Part shown: positions 26,519 through 35,282 of the stretch, in pieces
How the letters are laid out: every line of letters begins with the position of its first letter
Position numbering within the stretch: position 1 is the stretch's first letter
Source: a virus
Virus record (IMG/VR): IMGVR_UViG_3300006793_000015
Span: 32,001 to 96,000 of that record
Direction: 5' to 3' (one strand)
DNA length: 64,000 nt
Program-made: the position numbers and the translations under genes
Notes under the pieces: generated by a model
Database searches by the model: none
What the model was told of the DNA's origin: nothing
What the model saw: the letters and a program-made list of their open reading frames with translations, nothing else

Positions 26519-29410
26519 CTATTGTCCTGTTAGAGGATTTACTGGAAGTATGTCTGACAAATATCCGTGTTCTTTCCAACTATTATAACCGTTTCCATAT
26601 TTACCGTGTGTAATCTTACTACTTTCACTCGCTGAGTTTCCGGCCGCCCAAGCAGTTACGGCTGCCGCTATCGCACCTGCAGACACGGCATTAATAACAT
26701 CTTTTCTCGCACTGCGTTCAGTATTGTTATTATTTGATATAGTAGTTTGGTCTTGGGACGCATAACTGCTTGTATTAATAATTGGATTTAATCCAACTAC
26801 GCCAAGCGATTGTCCAGTAGGCTCGGTCAAAACAGTGCCTCCTGTACTAGTTACAAATGACGGCGATGATCTATAACTCTCAATAGCAGGACTTGCACTA
26901 AATGTAAAAGATCCTGATGCGTCTCCTGGATTTGGACGCATAGGAGTAGTTCCACGCGAAGTATTGGAAATTACTGCTGATGTAGTGCCTGACTGCGCCG
27001 ACGTTGTGTTTAAAGAATTTAACTGAAATGATCTTGCTTCAGCCGCTCTAAACTCTTGTGCGCTTTGAGGAGAAGATTGTATTGCTTGGGTATTAAAATC
27101 TGCATGTGGATTTACACTGTTTCTATTTGACGCTGTTTCAGTTACAGGGCCACTAACTGAGTCAAACTCACCTGCCCATTCTCTGTCAGCTGCTTCTGAT
27201 GCAAGTTCGCGTTCTTTTTGTTCTTCTTGGCTGGCTAATGATTGCACTGGTGTTCCGTCAAATTCGCCAGCGGCGCTGTCAACGGCTGCTTCACTTCCAG
27301 GCGCGGTTGTTGTTGCTGATGCGGCCGCGGCTTTAGCATCTTCAAAATCATAATTTGCGGCTTCGTCATCTGACATTAACTCTTGACCTGGTTTCTCAGG
27401 GTTGTCTATGTTTTCGCGCCATTGATTATAAATTCTTGTGGCCTCAACAGCTTGTGTAAATTCACCGCCTTGGAAAGTACTGTTTACCTCCCAAATTCTA
27501 TAGTAACCTGACAATGTGCTACCGCCATCACTCTCAGCAAAGTTTGCTAATCCAGTTGCTTCATCATAATCTCTTGGAGTTTTGAACACTAAGTAAAAAT
27601 GCGAATCGTCAAGATCACTAAGAATTGCTCCGTTTGCTGGATCGTGTCCTTCGGTGCCGCCTTGGGCTCCTGTTTTATTAGGAGTAGTCATTGTTAGAAT
27701 ACCGTCTTGTTGTATATAACCAGGATCTCCAACAATCTCTAAACTAATAGTTATCATATCAGACCCAGGAGTTCTGTATAGATTTTCCATCAACGTGGCG
27801 CCAGTTCTTTGCTTTTGGTTTGCGTGTTCATCTGCATTAAATTTGTTATTTTTTGGTTTAATGCTTTGTGCGCCACTAACAACAGCCTCTCCATCTTGCT
27901 GATTCCCTGACTCAGGTGACACATTTGCTTCAGTTTCTTCAATAATAGGGTTTTCAGAACCTTCGTTTGATGTTCCAATACCCGACATTGCCATTATAAA
28001 AGCATTGTTGAAGGTCAAATCTAAGTTTCTTATATCTAAGTTTTGTCCAGTGTAGATATAGCTATAACTTCTAGCAGGATTACGAAGGCCGTTTTCTCCA
28101 GGTTTAGATTTCCCGCCAGTAACTTCAGGATCAACTACTTTGTAAGGATCTATTTGTATAACTGTTTTTCTAGCATACTTGTTTCGTATTTTATCAAAAT
28201 CTTTTAATGTCTTAACATACGTAATTTTCCACCAATTTAGGCCGTTTTCTGGATTTTTCAGTACTGACCTAGCATCCTTCATTTTATCAAGCGTGGTGTT
28301 TTCTTCTAGTTGATCAGTGACGTATGTACTATCACGTATTATTTTTTCAAGAAATGCTAACATGGATTGCCCAGGTGCTGTTATCTCAACCTTGTAGTCG
28401 CCTCTCTCACCTTCACCATAATACCTTATGTCTCTATTAAATTTAAATTTTTTCTCGGGAGGCACTTGACGCCCCCTCTCGCCAGGAGCTGTAGTAACCG
28501 GGCCTACCCTCAATAAAGTTTGTTTAGCAACATTTGGTTCTATTTTTGCATTTTTTAGCTTTTCAGCAATTGGGCCACCACCTGACCCTAATTTAAATTC
28601 AATTTCATCAGGAAATTCCTGTGTTTTCGGTGCGACGACAGTTCCGGCAGAATTTGGTTTTAGTCCTGCACCACCTATTTTGTCTGTTGATCTTTCCACT
28701 TGCTCTCTATTAAATTCTTTCTCAAGAATTTTACAAAAGTCTTGAAGTGATTTTCCTTTAACTTGTTTTAAATTAAGTGCTTGGGTCAATGGATTGTTAC
28801 TTCCTTCTAACACAGCCATTGCGATAAACTCAACTGAATAACTAGTACCGACTGACGTAATATTAAAATCTAAACTTACTAATCTGACAGGAATCCATCG
28901 AGTAGCTGGTTTTATTCTAACCGGCTGGCCTGCATCATCGTACCCAAGAAAATCAATTTGAATTAGTAGCGGTTTCTCTGTCCAATTTGGTCCGTCTTCG
29001 GTTAGTACTTCGTGAAGTCTTTCCAACAATGTGGTGCCAGCTGGCTCTACAATGGCCATGTTCATATCCATCACGTTGGTTGCACGACTGGTGGAATTCA
29101 TACCCATCATTCCTGATATTGACATAGAATCTATGTAAAAATCCAATCCAAAGGCTGGGTGCCGGGCTGGTATAAACTCTGTGGCGCTGTCTGCAATTCC
29201 TCCGGAAGATATTAATGTGTTACATATAGAAGGAATATTTCCATGGCACCATTCCCAACTGCCGTTTTCAGCCAAATCGTTATACATCTGAAAAGATTTA
29301 AAACTTAACAAACTAATTTTATAAGTGTAGTTTGTGAACTGATGTAAAATATTATCAGGTGCTGGAATGGGCTTGTTAGGATCTATTTGTAGGTTTGGAT
29401 CACCTGACAT
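26519..29410 (-). CDS. Baseplate hub-region protein (963 aa), possibly gp27/late-control-D-like, with low-complexity C-terminal tail
   Basis: NILHQFTNYTY, LLIQIDFLGYDD, LEIVGDP, SGYYRIWEVNSTFQGGEFTQ; lies between gp53-like and gp5-like genes. Confidence 0.55.
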   Translation of the reverse strand: MSGDPNLQIDPNKPIPAPDNILHQFTNYTYKISLLSFKSFQMYNDLAENGSWEWCHGNIPSICNTLISSGGIADSATEFIPARHPAFGLDFYIDSMSISGMMGMNSTSRATNVMDMNMAIVEPAGTTLLERLHEVLTEDGPNWTEKPLLIQIDFLGYDDAGQPVRIKPATRWIPVRLVSLDFNITSVGTSYSVEFIAMAVLEGSNNPLTQALNLKQVKGKSLQDFCKILEKEFNREQVERSTDKIGGAGLKPNSAGTVVAPKTQEFPDEIEFKLGSGGGPIAEKLKNAKIEPNVAKQTLLRVGPVTTAPGERGRQVPPEKKFKFNRDIRYYGEGERGDYKVEITAPGQSMLAFLEKIIRDSTYVTDQLEENTTLDKMKDARSVLKNPENGLNWWKITYVKTLKDFDKIRNKYARKTVIQIDPYKVVDPEVTGGKSKPGENGLRNPARSYSYIYTGQNLDIRNLDLTFNNAFIMAMSGIGTSNEGSENPIIEETEANVSPESGNQQDGEAVVSGAQSIKPKNNKFNADEHANQKQRTGATLMENLYRTPGSDMITISLEIVGDPGYIQQDGILTMTTPNKTGAQGGTEGHDPANGAILSDLDDSHFYLVFKTPRDYDEATGLANFAESDGGSTLSGYYRIWEVNSTFQGGEFTQAVEATRIYNQWRENIDNPEKPGQELMSDDEAANYDFEDAKAAAASATTTAPGSEAAVDSAAGEFDGTPVQSLASQEEQKERELASEAADREWAGEFDSVSGPVTETASNRNSVNPHADFNTQAIQSSPQSAQEFRAAEARSFQLNSLNTTSAQSGTTSAVISNTSRGTTPMRPNPGDASGSFTFSASPAIESYRSSPSFVTSTGGTVLTEPTGQSLGVVGLNPIINTSSYASQDQTTISNNNNTERSARKDVINAVSAGAIAAAVTAWAAGNSASESSKITHGKYGNGYNSWKEHGYLSDILPVNPLTGQ

Positions 29411-29414
29411 GATA

Positions 29415-29726
29415 TTATAACTCCAATGATTTTTGAAGAGTTGTTATTTTTGGTACAAATATAGTTACGCCCGCAACAAAATCATATACTGGGTCAATTA
29501 GAGTGTCTGGGTTTCTCACCGCAAATACCCACCACAGGTTAGCATTGTTATAAATGTCATGTGCTAATAAATCAGGGCGATTATTATAACTCTCTTCAAT
29601 TTGATATTCTAAATCGTCGTTTTCGAATGGAAAGGATCTCTTTCTCATTATGCCTAATCTACTATTTACAGTGGGAGTTAAGTAATAAGGACTATCTGCA
29701 AAATAACTGTATCTTGTCTTTGCCAT
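29415..29726 (-). CDS. gp53: Baseplate wedge subunit, gp53/LysM-like; likely start ATG 29726
   Basis: RPDLLAHDIYNNANLWWVFAVRN motif; ATG 29726 immediately follows the upstream stop. Confidence 0.8.
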   Translation of the reverse strand: MAKTRYSYFADSPYYLTPTVNSRLGIMRKRSFPFENDDLEYQIEESYNNRPDLLAHDIYNNANLWWVFAVRNPDTLIDPVYDFVAGVTIFVPKITTLQKSLEL

Positions 29727-29727
29727 T

Positions 29728-30396
29728 TTATATAAAGCCTCCTTCACTGTCACTTCCTAATAATCCGCCAGATGCGAATTTTTTCAGTCCAAAACGTTTG
29801 GATGTTGCTTTTCTTGAATACGTTGGCTTTGCTGTTATAGTAACTGTAGTGCTTGATGGAATCATTGTTTTACCATCAGAAGTTCTAATGTAATCAACAC
29901 TACTTGGAAGTTCCATCGAAAATGATTCTACTACAACAGGTACATTTGAAAATATGTAATCTCCAGATGCATTTAATCTTAGTACAGGTGGCGGCGTGCC
30001 TGCTACAGGCTCCGCATCTTGTCCAAAAAACATTTTTGTAACAGTTCTTAAAAAGTGTAACACTCCTCTTAAATAGTCCGCCTCAGCAGAACTATTTGCT
30101 GTAAACTGTCCTGTAATTTGTATTGAGCCAATTTGATGACTTTCAAACGTAGGATGATCATAGTTTGTATGAGTAAGTCCAGCCGCGCCATAAGCCGCGT
30201 TGTGTTGAACAAACAGTGTCGGAGTGTAAGGAAAAATAATTCCTTTTCCGGCTGCCAATGGACTTAGCACTGGTCCTCCCAAGAGGTCAGTGTTGACTGT
30301 TAATCTTGTTCTCCAATCCTCACCTACATCGCTAAACGCAACTATTGGCGCCGCAATGCTACCTAATAATATTCCACCAAATGGTATTGTTGCCAT
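29728..30396 (-). CDS. Tail-tube initiator/baseplate protein (gp48/gp54-like); likely start ATG 30396
   Basis: FPYTP, HFLRTVTKMFFG, GTPPPVLRL, NVPVVVESFSMELP motifs; first gene of baseplate operon; the longer start would overlap the gp55 promoter. Confidence 0.6.
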   Translation of the reverse strand: MATIPFGGILLGSIAAPIVAFSDVGEDWRTRLTVNTDLLGGPVLSPLAAGKGIIFPYTPTLFVQHNAAYGAAGLTHTNYDHPTFESHQIGSIQITGQFTANSSAEADYLRGVLHFLRTVTKMFFGQDAEPVAGTPPPVLRLNASGDYIFSNVPVVVESFSMELPSSVDYIRTSDGKTMIPSSTTVTITAKPTYSRKATSKRFGLKKFASGGLLGSDSEGGFI

Positions 30397-30426
30397 AAAA
30401 AAGTTCCTGTATGCCTTGTTATTTAT

Positions 30427-30455
30427 TTGACTTTTTAATATACGTGTATTATAAT
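30427..30455 (+). promoter_or_regulatory. sigma70-type promoter TTGACT-17-TATAAT for gp55
   Basis: ttgact 30427-30432, tataat 30450-30455. Confidence 0.8.
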
Positions 30456-30476
30456 AAATACTATATTGGAGCATAA

Positions 30477-31283
30477 ATGAACAATAAAAAAACAGTTTAC
30501 CTTAGAAACAAAGATATTTTAGAAGAAATACACAAATCAAAGAATACCTACAGTAGTTACACTACACCAGAAGATGCTGATTACGATATCATTGTACCAG
30601 AGATTGAAAAAATTAATATAAGATCTGTTGCACAAGCGAAGCGTAATCGAGCGGCAAAACTTTCCAAGATAGAACACGCAAAAGCAGTAGAGGAAAATAC
30701 ATCTCGTAAAAAACCTCGACTTATTGACTTTCAAATTAATTGGAAAAAGATTCCTAAAGAAGATCTTGTGTTTAGAGTTATGACTTTTGACCATATTCCT
30801 TTACAACACGGAAGGGTTAAAACACCAAAGCGTGTAGCGGATCACTATGAAAAACTTCCTTTTCCGCCATATCAACACTTTCGTTATGATGACAATAAGG
30901 AACTTTTTTGCGTAGGCAAAAGTCACTGGATTGGTGACTTAGAAACTGGATATTTTAACAAGGATCATGGTCAAATGACTGAAAACCTCGCTAAAATGTT
31001 TATGAAGTTATGTGATCGTTATGGCACAAGATCTAACTGGCGCGGATACACATATAATGATGAGATGCGCGGTACTGCGATATTACAATTAATTCAAGTA
31101 GGGTTACTATTTGATGAAAGTAAAAGCCAAAACCCATTTGCGTATTACACAGCAATTGTCACTAACTCGTTTACCAAGATTCTTAATATGGAAAAGCGTA
31201 ACCAAAACATTCGTGATGATATATTAGAAATGAATGATATGGCGCCAAGTTACACAAGGCAAAATCAAAACGCAAAAACTTGA
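30477..31283 (+). CDS. gp55: Late-transcription sigma factor, T4 gp55-like
   Basis: YLRNKDILEEI, NWRGYTYNDEM, FDESKSQNPFAYYT motifs; directly upstream of gp47/gp46 as in T4. Confidence 0.9.
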   Translation: MNNKKTVYLRNKDILEEIHKSKNTYSSYTTPEDADYDIIVPEIEKINIRSVAQAKRNRAAKLSKIEHAKAVEENTSRKKPRLIDFQINWKKIPKEDLVFRVMTFDHIPLQHGRVKTPKRVADHYEKLPFPPYQHFRYDDNKELFCVGKSHWIGDLETGYFNKDHGQMTENLAKMFMKLCDRYGTRSNWRGYTYNDEMRGTAILQLIQVGLLFDESKSQNPFAYYTAIVTNSFTKILNMEKRNQNIRDDILEMNDMAPSYTRQNQNAKT

Positions 31284-31308
31284 CAATTTACTTTAACTTT
31301 AGTATAAT
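31280..31308 (+). promoter_or_regulatory. Perfect sigma70-type promoter TTGACA-17-TATAAT for gp47/gp46
   Basis: ttgaca 31280-31285, tataat 31303-31308. Confidence 0.85.
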
Positions 31309-31320
31309 ATTTAATTATAT

Positions 31321-32346
31321 ATGAGTAACAATAATCTATTTAAAAAAGTAGCAGTTTGTACAGATATACACTTCGGAAATAAAAGCAATTCAACTACACA
31401 CAATCAAGATTGTGAAGACTTTATTGACTGGTTTATAGAAACGGCGCACAAAAACGATTGCGAGACTTGCATGTTTTTAGGCGACTGGCATCACCAGCGA
31501 GCAAGCATTAACGTCCATACGTTAAACTATAGTTTGCGTAGTTTGGAAAAGTTGGGTAAATCTTTTGAGAAGTTTTACTTTATTACAGGCAACCATGATC
31601 TCTACTACAGAGATCGTCGTGATCTAAACAGTGTTGAATTTGCTAGTAGATTTCCTGGAATTTCTATTGTAAATCAAACAATTAACGAGGGCAATGTTGC
31701 TATTGTTCCGTGGTTAGTTGGTGATGACTTTAAGAAAATTAAAAAAATTAAAGCAAAGTATATTTTTGGACACTTTGAACTGCCTCACTTTTACATGAAC
31801 GCTATGGTACAAATGCCGGATCACGGCGAACTTTATGCTGACGACATGGGACATGCAGACTACGTGTTTAGTGGTCATTTCCATAAAAGACAACAGCAAA
31901 AGAATGTAATATACATTGGTAATTGCTTTCCACACAACTATGCTGATGCGTGGGACGATGATCGTGGCATGATGATGTTGGAATGGGATGGTGAGCCAGA
32001 GTATGTTGCTTGGCCTGATGCTCCATCATATAAAACACTAAAACTATCGCAACTGTTAGAGAATCCTACGCAGTATTTAGATAGTAAAACATACGCAAGA
32101 GTAACAATGGATATTGACATTAGTTACGAAGAAGCAAACTTTATCAAAGAAACATTTACAAAAGAGCAAAGTGTTCGCGAGTTAAGTTTATTACCGAATA
32201 AAGAGAAACAAGACCTTGACATTATTGATGAGGATATTCAACTTAACTTTGATAGCATCGATTCAATTGTTAGTGACCAATTAGCCAACATTGAAAGCGA
32301 GCATTACAATCCACAAACGTTGTTAGAAATATATAGGAACATTTAA
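31321..32346 (+). CDS. gp47: Recombination endonuclease subunit, gp47/SbcD/Mre11-like metallophosphoesterase
   Basis: DIHFG, GDWHH, GNHD, GHFE, SGHFH motifs. Confidence 0.93.
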   Translation: MSNNNLFKKVAVCTDIHFGNKSNSTTHNQDCEDFIDWFIETAHKNDCETCMFLGDWHHQRASINVHTLNYSLRSLEKLGKSFEKFYFITGNHDLYYRDRRDLNSVEFASRFPGISIVNQTINEGNVAIVPWLVGDDFKKIKKIKAKYIFGHFELPHFYMNAMVQMPDHGELYADDMGHADYVFSGHFHKRQQQKNVIYIGNCFPHNYADAWDDDRGMMMLEWDGEPEYVAWPDAPSYKTLKLSQLLENPTQYLDSKTYARVTMDIDISYEEANFIKETFTKEQSVRELSLLPNKEKQDLDIIDEDIQLNFDSIDSIVSDQLANIESEHYNPQTLLEIYRNI

Positions 32347-34106
32347 TGTTAGTCTTAAAATCTCTGACAGTAAAGAATTTTATGAGCGTGGGTAACCAAA
32401 CCCAAGCAGTTAGTTTAGACAGACAGGATCTCACACTTGTTTTAGGTGAAAACTTAGACTTAGGCGGCGATGATGCCGGCGCTCGTAATGGTACAGGCAA
32501 GACTACTATTGTTAATGCGTTGAGTTATGTGTTGTATGGACAAGCATTAACAAATATTAAAAAAGATAATTTAATCAATAAAACAAATGCCAAAGGCATG
32601 TTAGTCACTGTTGAGTTTGAAAAAGACGGTGTACATCATCGTATAGAACGTGGCAGACGACCGGGTATTTTAAAATATTATTCAAACAATGACGAGGTTG
32701 ATCAAGCGCAAGGCGAAAATAGACAAACGCAAGATCAAATAGAAGAAGCAGTTGGTATGTCGCATACAATGTTTAAACACGTTGTGGCACTTAACACATA
32801 CACTGAGCCGTTTCTTGCTATGCGTGTATCAGATCAACGTGACGTTATTGAGCAGTTACTCGGTATTACTTTGCTGTCTGAGAAAGCAGAAAAACTTAAA
32901 GAGATTATAAGACAAACAAAGGATCTTATTACTGAAGAAGAATACGCAATCAAAGGTAAGCAACAAGCAAACGAGAATATTGAGAACACTATTAAAAGTC
33001 TCGGCATAAAACAAAAAGCGTGGGTAGAGTCTCGCAACAAAGATATTGAGAAAATAGACAATGCTGTTAAAGAACTTGAAGCTGTCGAGATTGAAGAGGA
33101 AATAGCACTACACACTAAAAAAGCAAACATAGAGCAGTTAGAGTCTAAACTGCGTGGATATAACAGAGAACAGTCAACTTCTAAGAACTTATTATCCAAA
33201 TATAACAAGGAGTTAGCGCGGTTTGAGAAGAATATATCACAAACCGAGGATAAAACATGCCATACTTGCGGACAAGCATTACACGACGAAATACACCAAA
33301 AGATGCTTGCGGATTTGGAAGAACAAATAACTGAGCATAAACAATCTATTAAAGCAGAAGAGAAAAACTTAGCAACTGTTACTAAAAAAATAGAAGAAAT
33401 TGGTACTATTGATTGGTACGAAGAAACGTTTTATGATGATATTGCTAGTGCTTATAAGCATGATAGTAGTTTAGAGCATTTGCGTAATACTTTAGTAGAG
33501 AAGGCAGAGGAAGAAGATCCGTATAAGTCTCAAATTGAAGATCTACAAAATTCTGTTTTACAAGAAATTAATTACAATAAATTAAATGAATTAGTGTCTC
33601 TTAGAGAGCACCAAGAGTTTTTAGCACGATTGCTAGTTAATAAGGACTCATTTATTCGCAAAAGAATTATTGATCAAAACTTAGCATTGTTAAATAAAAG
33701 ACTAAGTTATTACTTAGACAAGATTGGATTACCACATGCTGTAATGTTCTTGAACGATTTAAGCGTTGAAATTACAGAGTATGGGCGTGATCTAGACTTT
33801 GATAATCTTAGTAGAGGCGAACGAAATAGACTTATTTTAAGTTTATCTTGGGCGTTTAGGGATGTTTGGGAACACTTATACGACAACATAAACCTGCTAG
33901 TTATTGACGAATTAGTTGATAGTGGTATGGATGCGTTAGGGTTAGAAGGTAGTATAAGTATTCTTAAGAAATTTTGTAGAGATAGAAATAAAAGTGTATT
34001 TCTTATCTCGCATAAAGATGAACTGGTCGGGCGTGTGCATAACGTTCTGACAGTTACAAAAGAAAATGGTTTCACAAATTACAGTGACGATATAGAAATC
34101 ATGTAA
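32346..34106 (+). CDS. gp46: Recombination ATPase, gp46/SbcC/Rad50-like
   Basis: Walker A NGTGKTT, CHTC zinc hook in coiled coil, LSRGE signature, LLVIDE Walker B, ISH. Confidence 0.94.
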   Translation: MLVLKSLTVKNFMSVGNQTQAVSLDRQDLTLVLGENLDLGGDDAGARNGTGKTTIVNALSYVLYGQALTNIKKDNLINKTNAKGMLVTVEFEKDGVHHRIERGRRPGILKYYSNNDEVDQAQGENRQTQDQIEEAVGMSHTMFKHVVALNTYTEPFLAMRVSDQRDVIEQLLGITLLSEKAEKLKEIIRQTKDLITEEEYAIKGKQQANENIENTIKSLGIKQKAWVESRNKDIEKIDNAVKELEAVEIEEEIALHTKKANIEQLESKLRGYNREQSTSKNLLSKYNKELARFEKNISQTEDKTCHTCGQALHDEIHQKMLADLEEQITEHKQSIKAEEKNLATVTKKIEEIGTIDWYEETFYDDIASAYKHDSSLEHLRNTLVEKAEEEDPYKSQIEDLQNSVLQEINYNKLNELVSLREHQEFLARLLVNKDSFIRKRIIDQNLALLNKRLSYYLDKIGLPHAVMFLNDLSVEITEYGRDLDFDNLSRGERNRLILSLSWAFRDVWEHLYDNINLLVIDELVDSGMDALGLEGSISILKKFCRDRNKSVFLISHKDELVGRVHNVLTVTKENGFTNYSDDIEIM

Positions 34107-34137
34107 ATAGATTTTTACACATTAAGGAGTAAACAAT

Positions 34138-34317
34138 ATGTCAACAATTCATGAGCAAATCTTAGAGCAAGTCGAAACATACGTTAGCGAATCTTCAAAG
34201 TTTGAGGATAAGGGTGTAAAAGCCGCGGCCGCTCGCGCTCGTAAAGCGTTAGGCGAAATTGGTAAATTAGCTAAAACACGCAGGGCTGAGATTCAAGACA
34301 AAAAGAACGCAATGTAA
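34138..34317 (+). CDS. Histone H1-like (Hc1-type) small basic protein, 59 aa, not in the ORF track
   Basis: Hand translation MSTIHEQILEQVETYVSESSKFEDKGVKAAAARARKALGEIGKLAKTRRAEIQDKKNAM; strong SD TAAGGAG; KGxKAAxxRARK motif. Confidence 0.8.
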   Translation: MSTIHEQILEQVETYVSESSKFEDKGVKAAAARARKALGEIGKLAKTRRAEIQDKKNAM

Positions 34318-34320
34318 TTA

Positions 34321-34824
34321 ATGCCCAGTAAGCAAAAAATTAAAGGCTCTACATGGGAACGCGACGTTGCTAAACACTTATCTGATTTATACAGTGAGAC
34401 GTTTATTCGCGTACCTCATAGCGGGTCTTACATTGGTGGAGTAAACAAAGCAAGGAAGGAATTTTTACACGAAGGACAAATACGTTCTTTTAAAGGAGAT
34501 ATCATTCCAGGTCAAAGTATGCCTTTACTCAATATTGAGTGTAAGGCATATAAAGACTTTCCATTTCATCATTTGTTTGGACAAGACGTAAAACTTTTAG
34601 ATGATTGGATAGCACAGTTGTTAGAGCCTGCTGACGAAGGAGACTTTAACATCTTAATAATGAAATTTAATAGAAAAGGCAAATACATAGCAGTAGAAGA
34701 TAGGCACACCACACTAAAATTCAATAGGCACATTAACTATAAAGGTTGGAACTTTTGTGAGTACGATAATTTTTGGGCTCACAACACTGACCAAGTTAAG
34801 CTTCTCTCAAGTACACAAAACTAA
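34321..34824 (+). CDS. Holliday junction resolvase-like PD-(D/E)xK nuclease
   Basis: KGSTWERDVAK...RVPHSG...GDII...NIECK motif typical of Hjc-like resolvases. Confidence 0.78.
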   Translation: MPSKQKIKGSTWERDVAKHLSDLYSETFIRVPHSGSYIGGVNKARKEFLHEGQIRSFKGDIIPGQSMPLLNIECKAYKDFPFHHLFGQDVKLLDDWIAQLLEPADEGDFNILIMKFNRKGKYIAVEDRHTTLKFNRHINYKGWNFCEYDNFWAHNTDQVKLLSSTQN

Positions 34825-34844
34825 ACTAGGCACAGACACAAGAC

Positions 34845-35180
34845 ATCTACAATGCGGTTAAGACCCGCTCTCCTTGACGGTGTAGCATAAGCACACTGGG
34901 ATTCTGGAGATGATGACAAAAATTTAGCGTATTAATTATTTCAGGGCTAAAAAGACGAGGGTAAAAACCTCGCGTCTATTATTTGTTGAAACTGTAGCAC
35001 TTAATAGATACCGTTTGTTGGCGTGATAGCCAGGAGACTGTGGTAGGGAGTACAGGACAACCGCTTCCGTGTTTAACAACAATCCACAACAGTTTACAGG
35101 TCGGGACTGAAGGAAAAAGTCTAACCACACTTCACCCAGTCGGGTGGAGTGTGAACGGAACTTCGGGAAAAAGTTAATCA
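34845..35180 (+). ncRNA. Candidate large structured non-coding RNA (family not recognised)
   Basis: Non-coding on +, GC-richer than flanks, about nine hand-identified stems with several G-U pairs favouring the + strand and a 7-bp loop-to-3' pairing. Confidence 0.6.
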
Positions 35181-35282
35181 AAAGAACTTTAGTTAAATAG
35201 TATTATACTCTTTTAAAAGTGATTTATATAAATTTAGTTCGAGCTGTAAGCGAAGAACTAGATGAACGTAGTTCATCTCATA

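Noticed and set aside
35100-35125. GACT...AAGGAAAAAGTCT resembles group I intron P7/S sequence
   Set aside because: The two parts form a local hairpin, no P3-P6 core was recognised and no interrupted gene flanks it
34845-35180. tRNA, tmRNA or RNase P identity for the structured element
   Set aside because: No T-arm GTTCRA cloverleaf with CCA, no tmRNA termini and no GAGGAAAGTCC RNase P signature found
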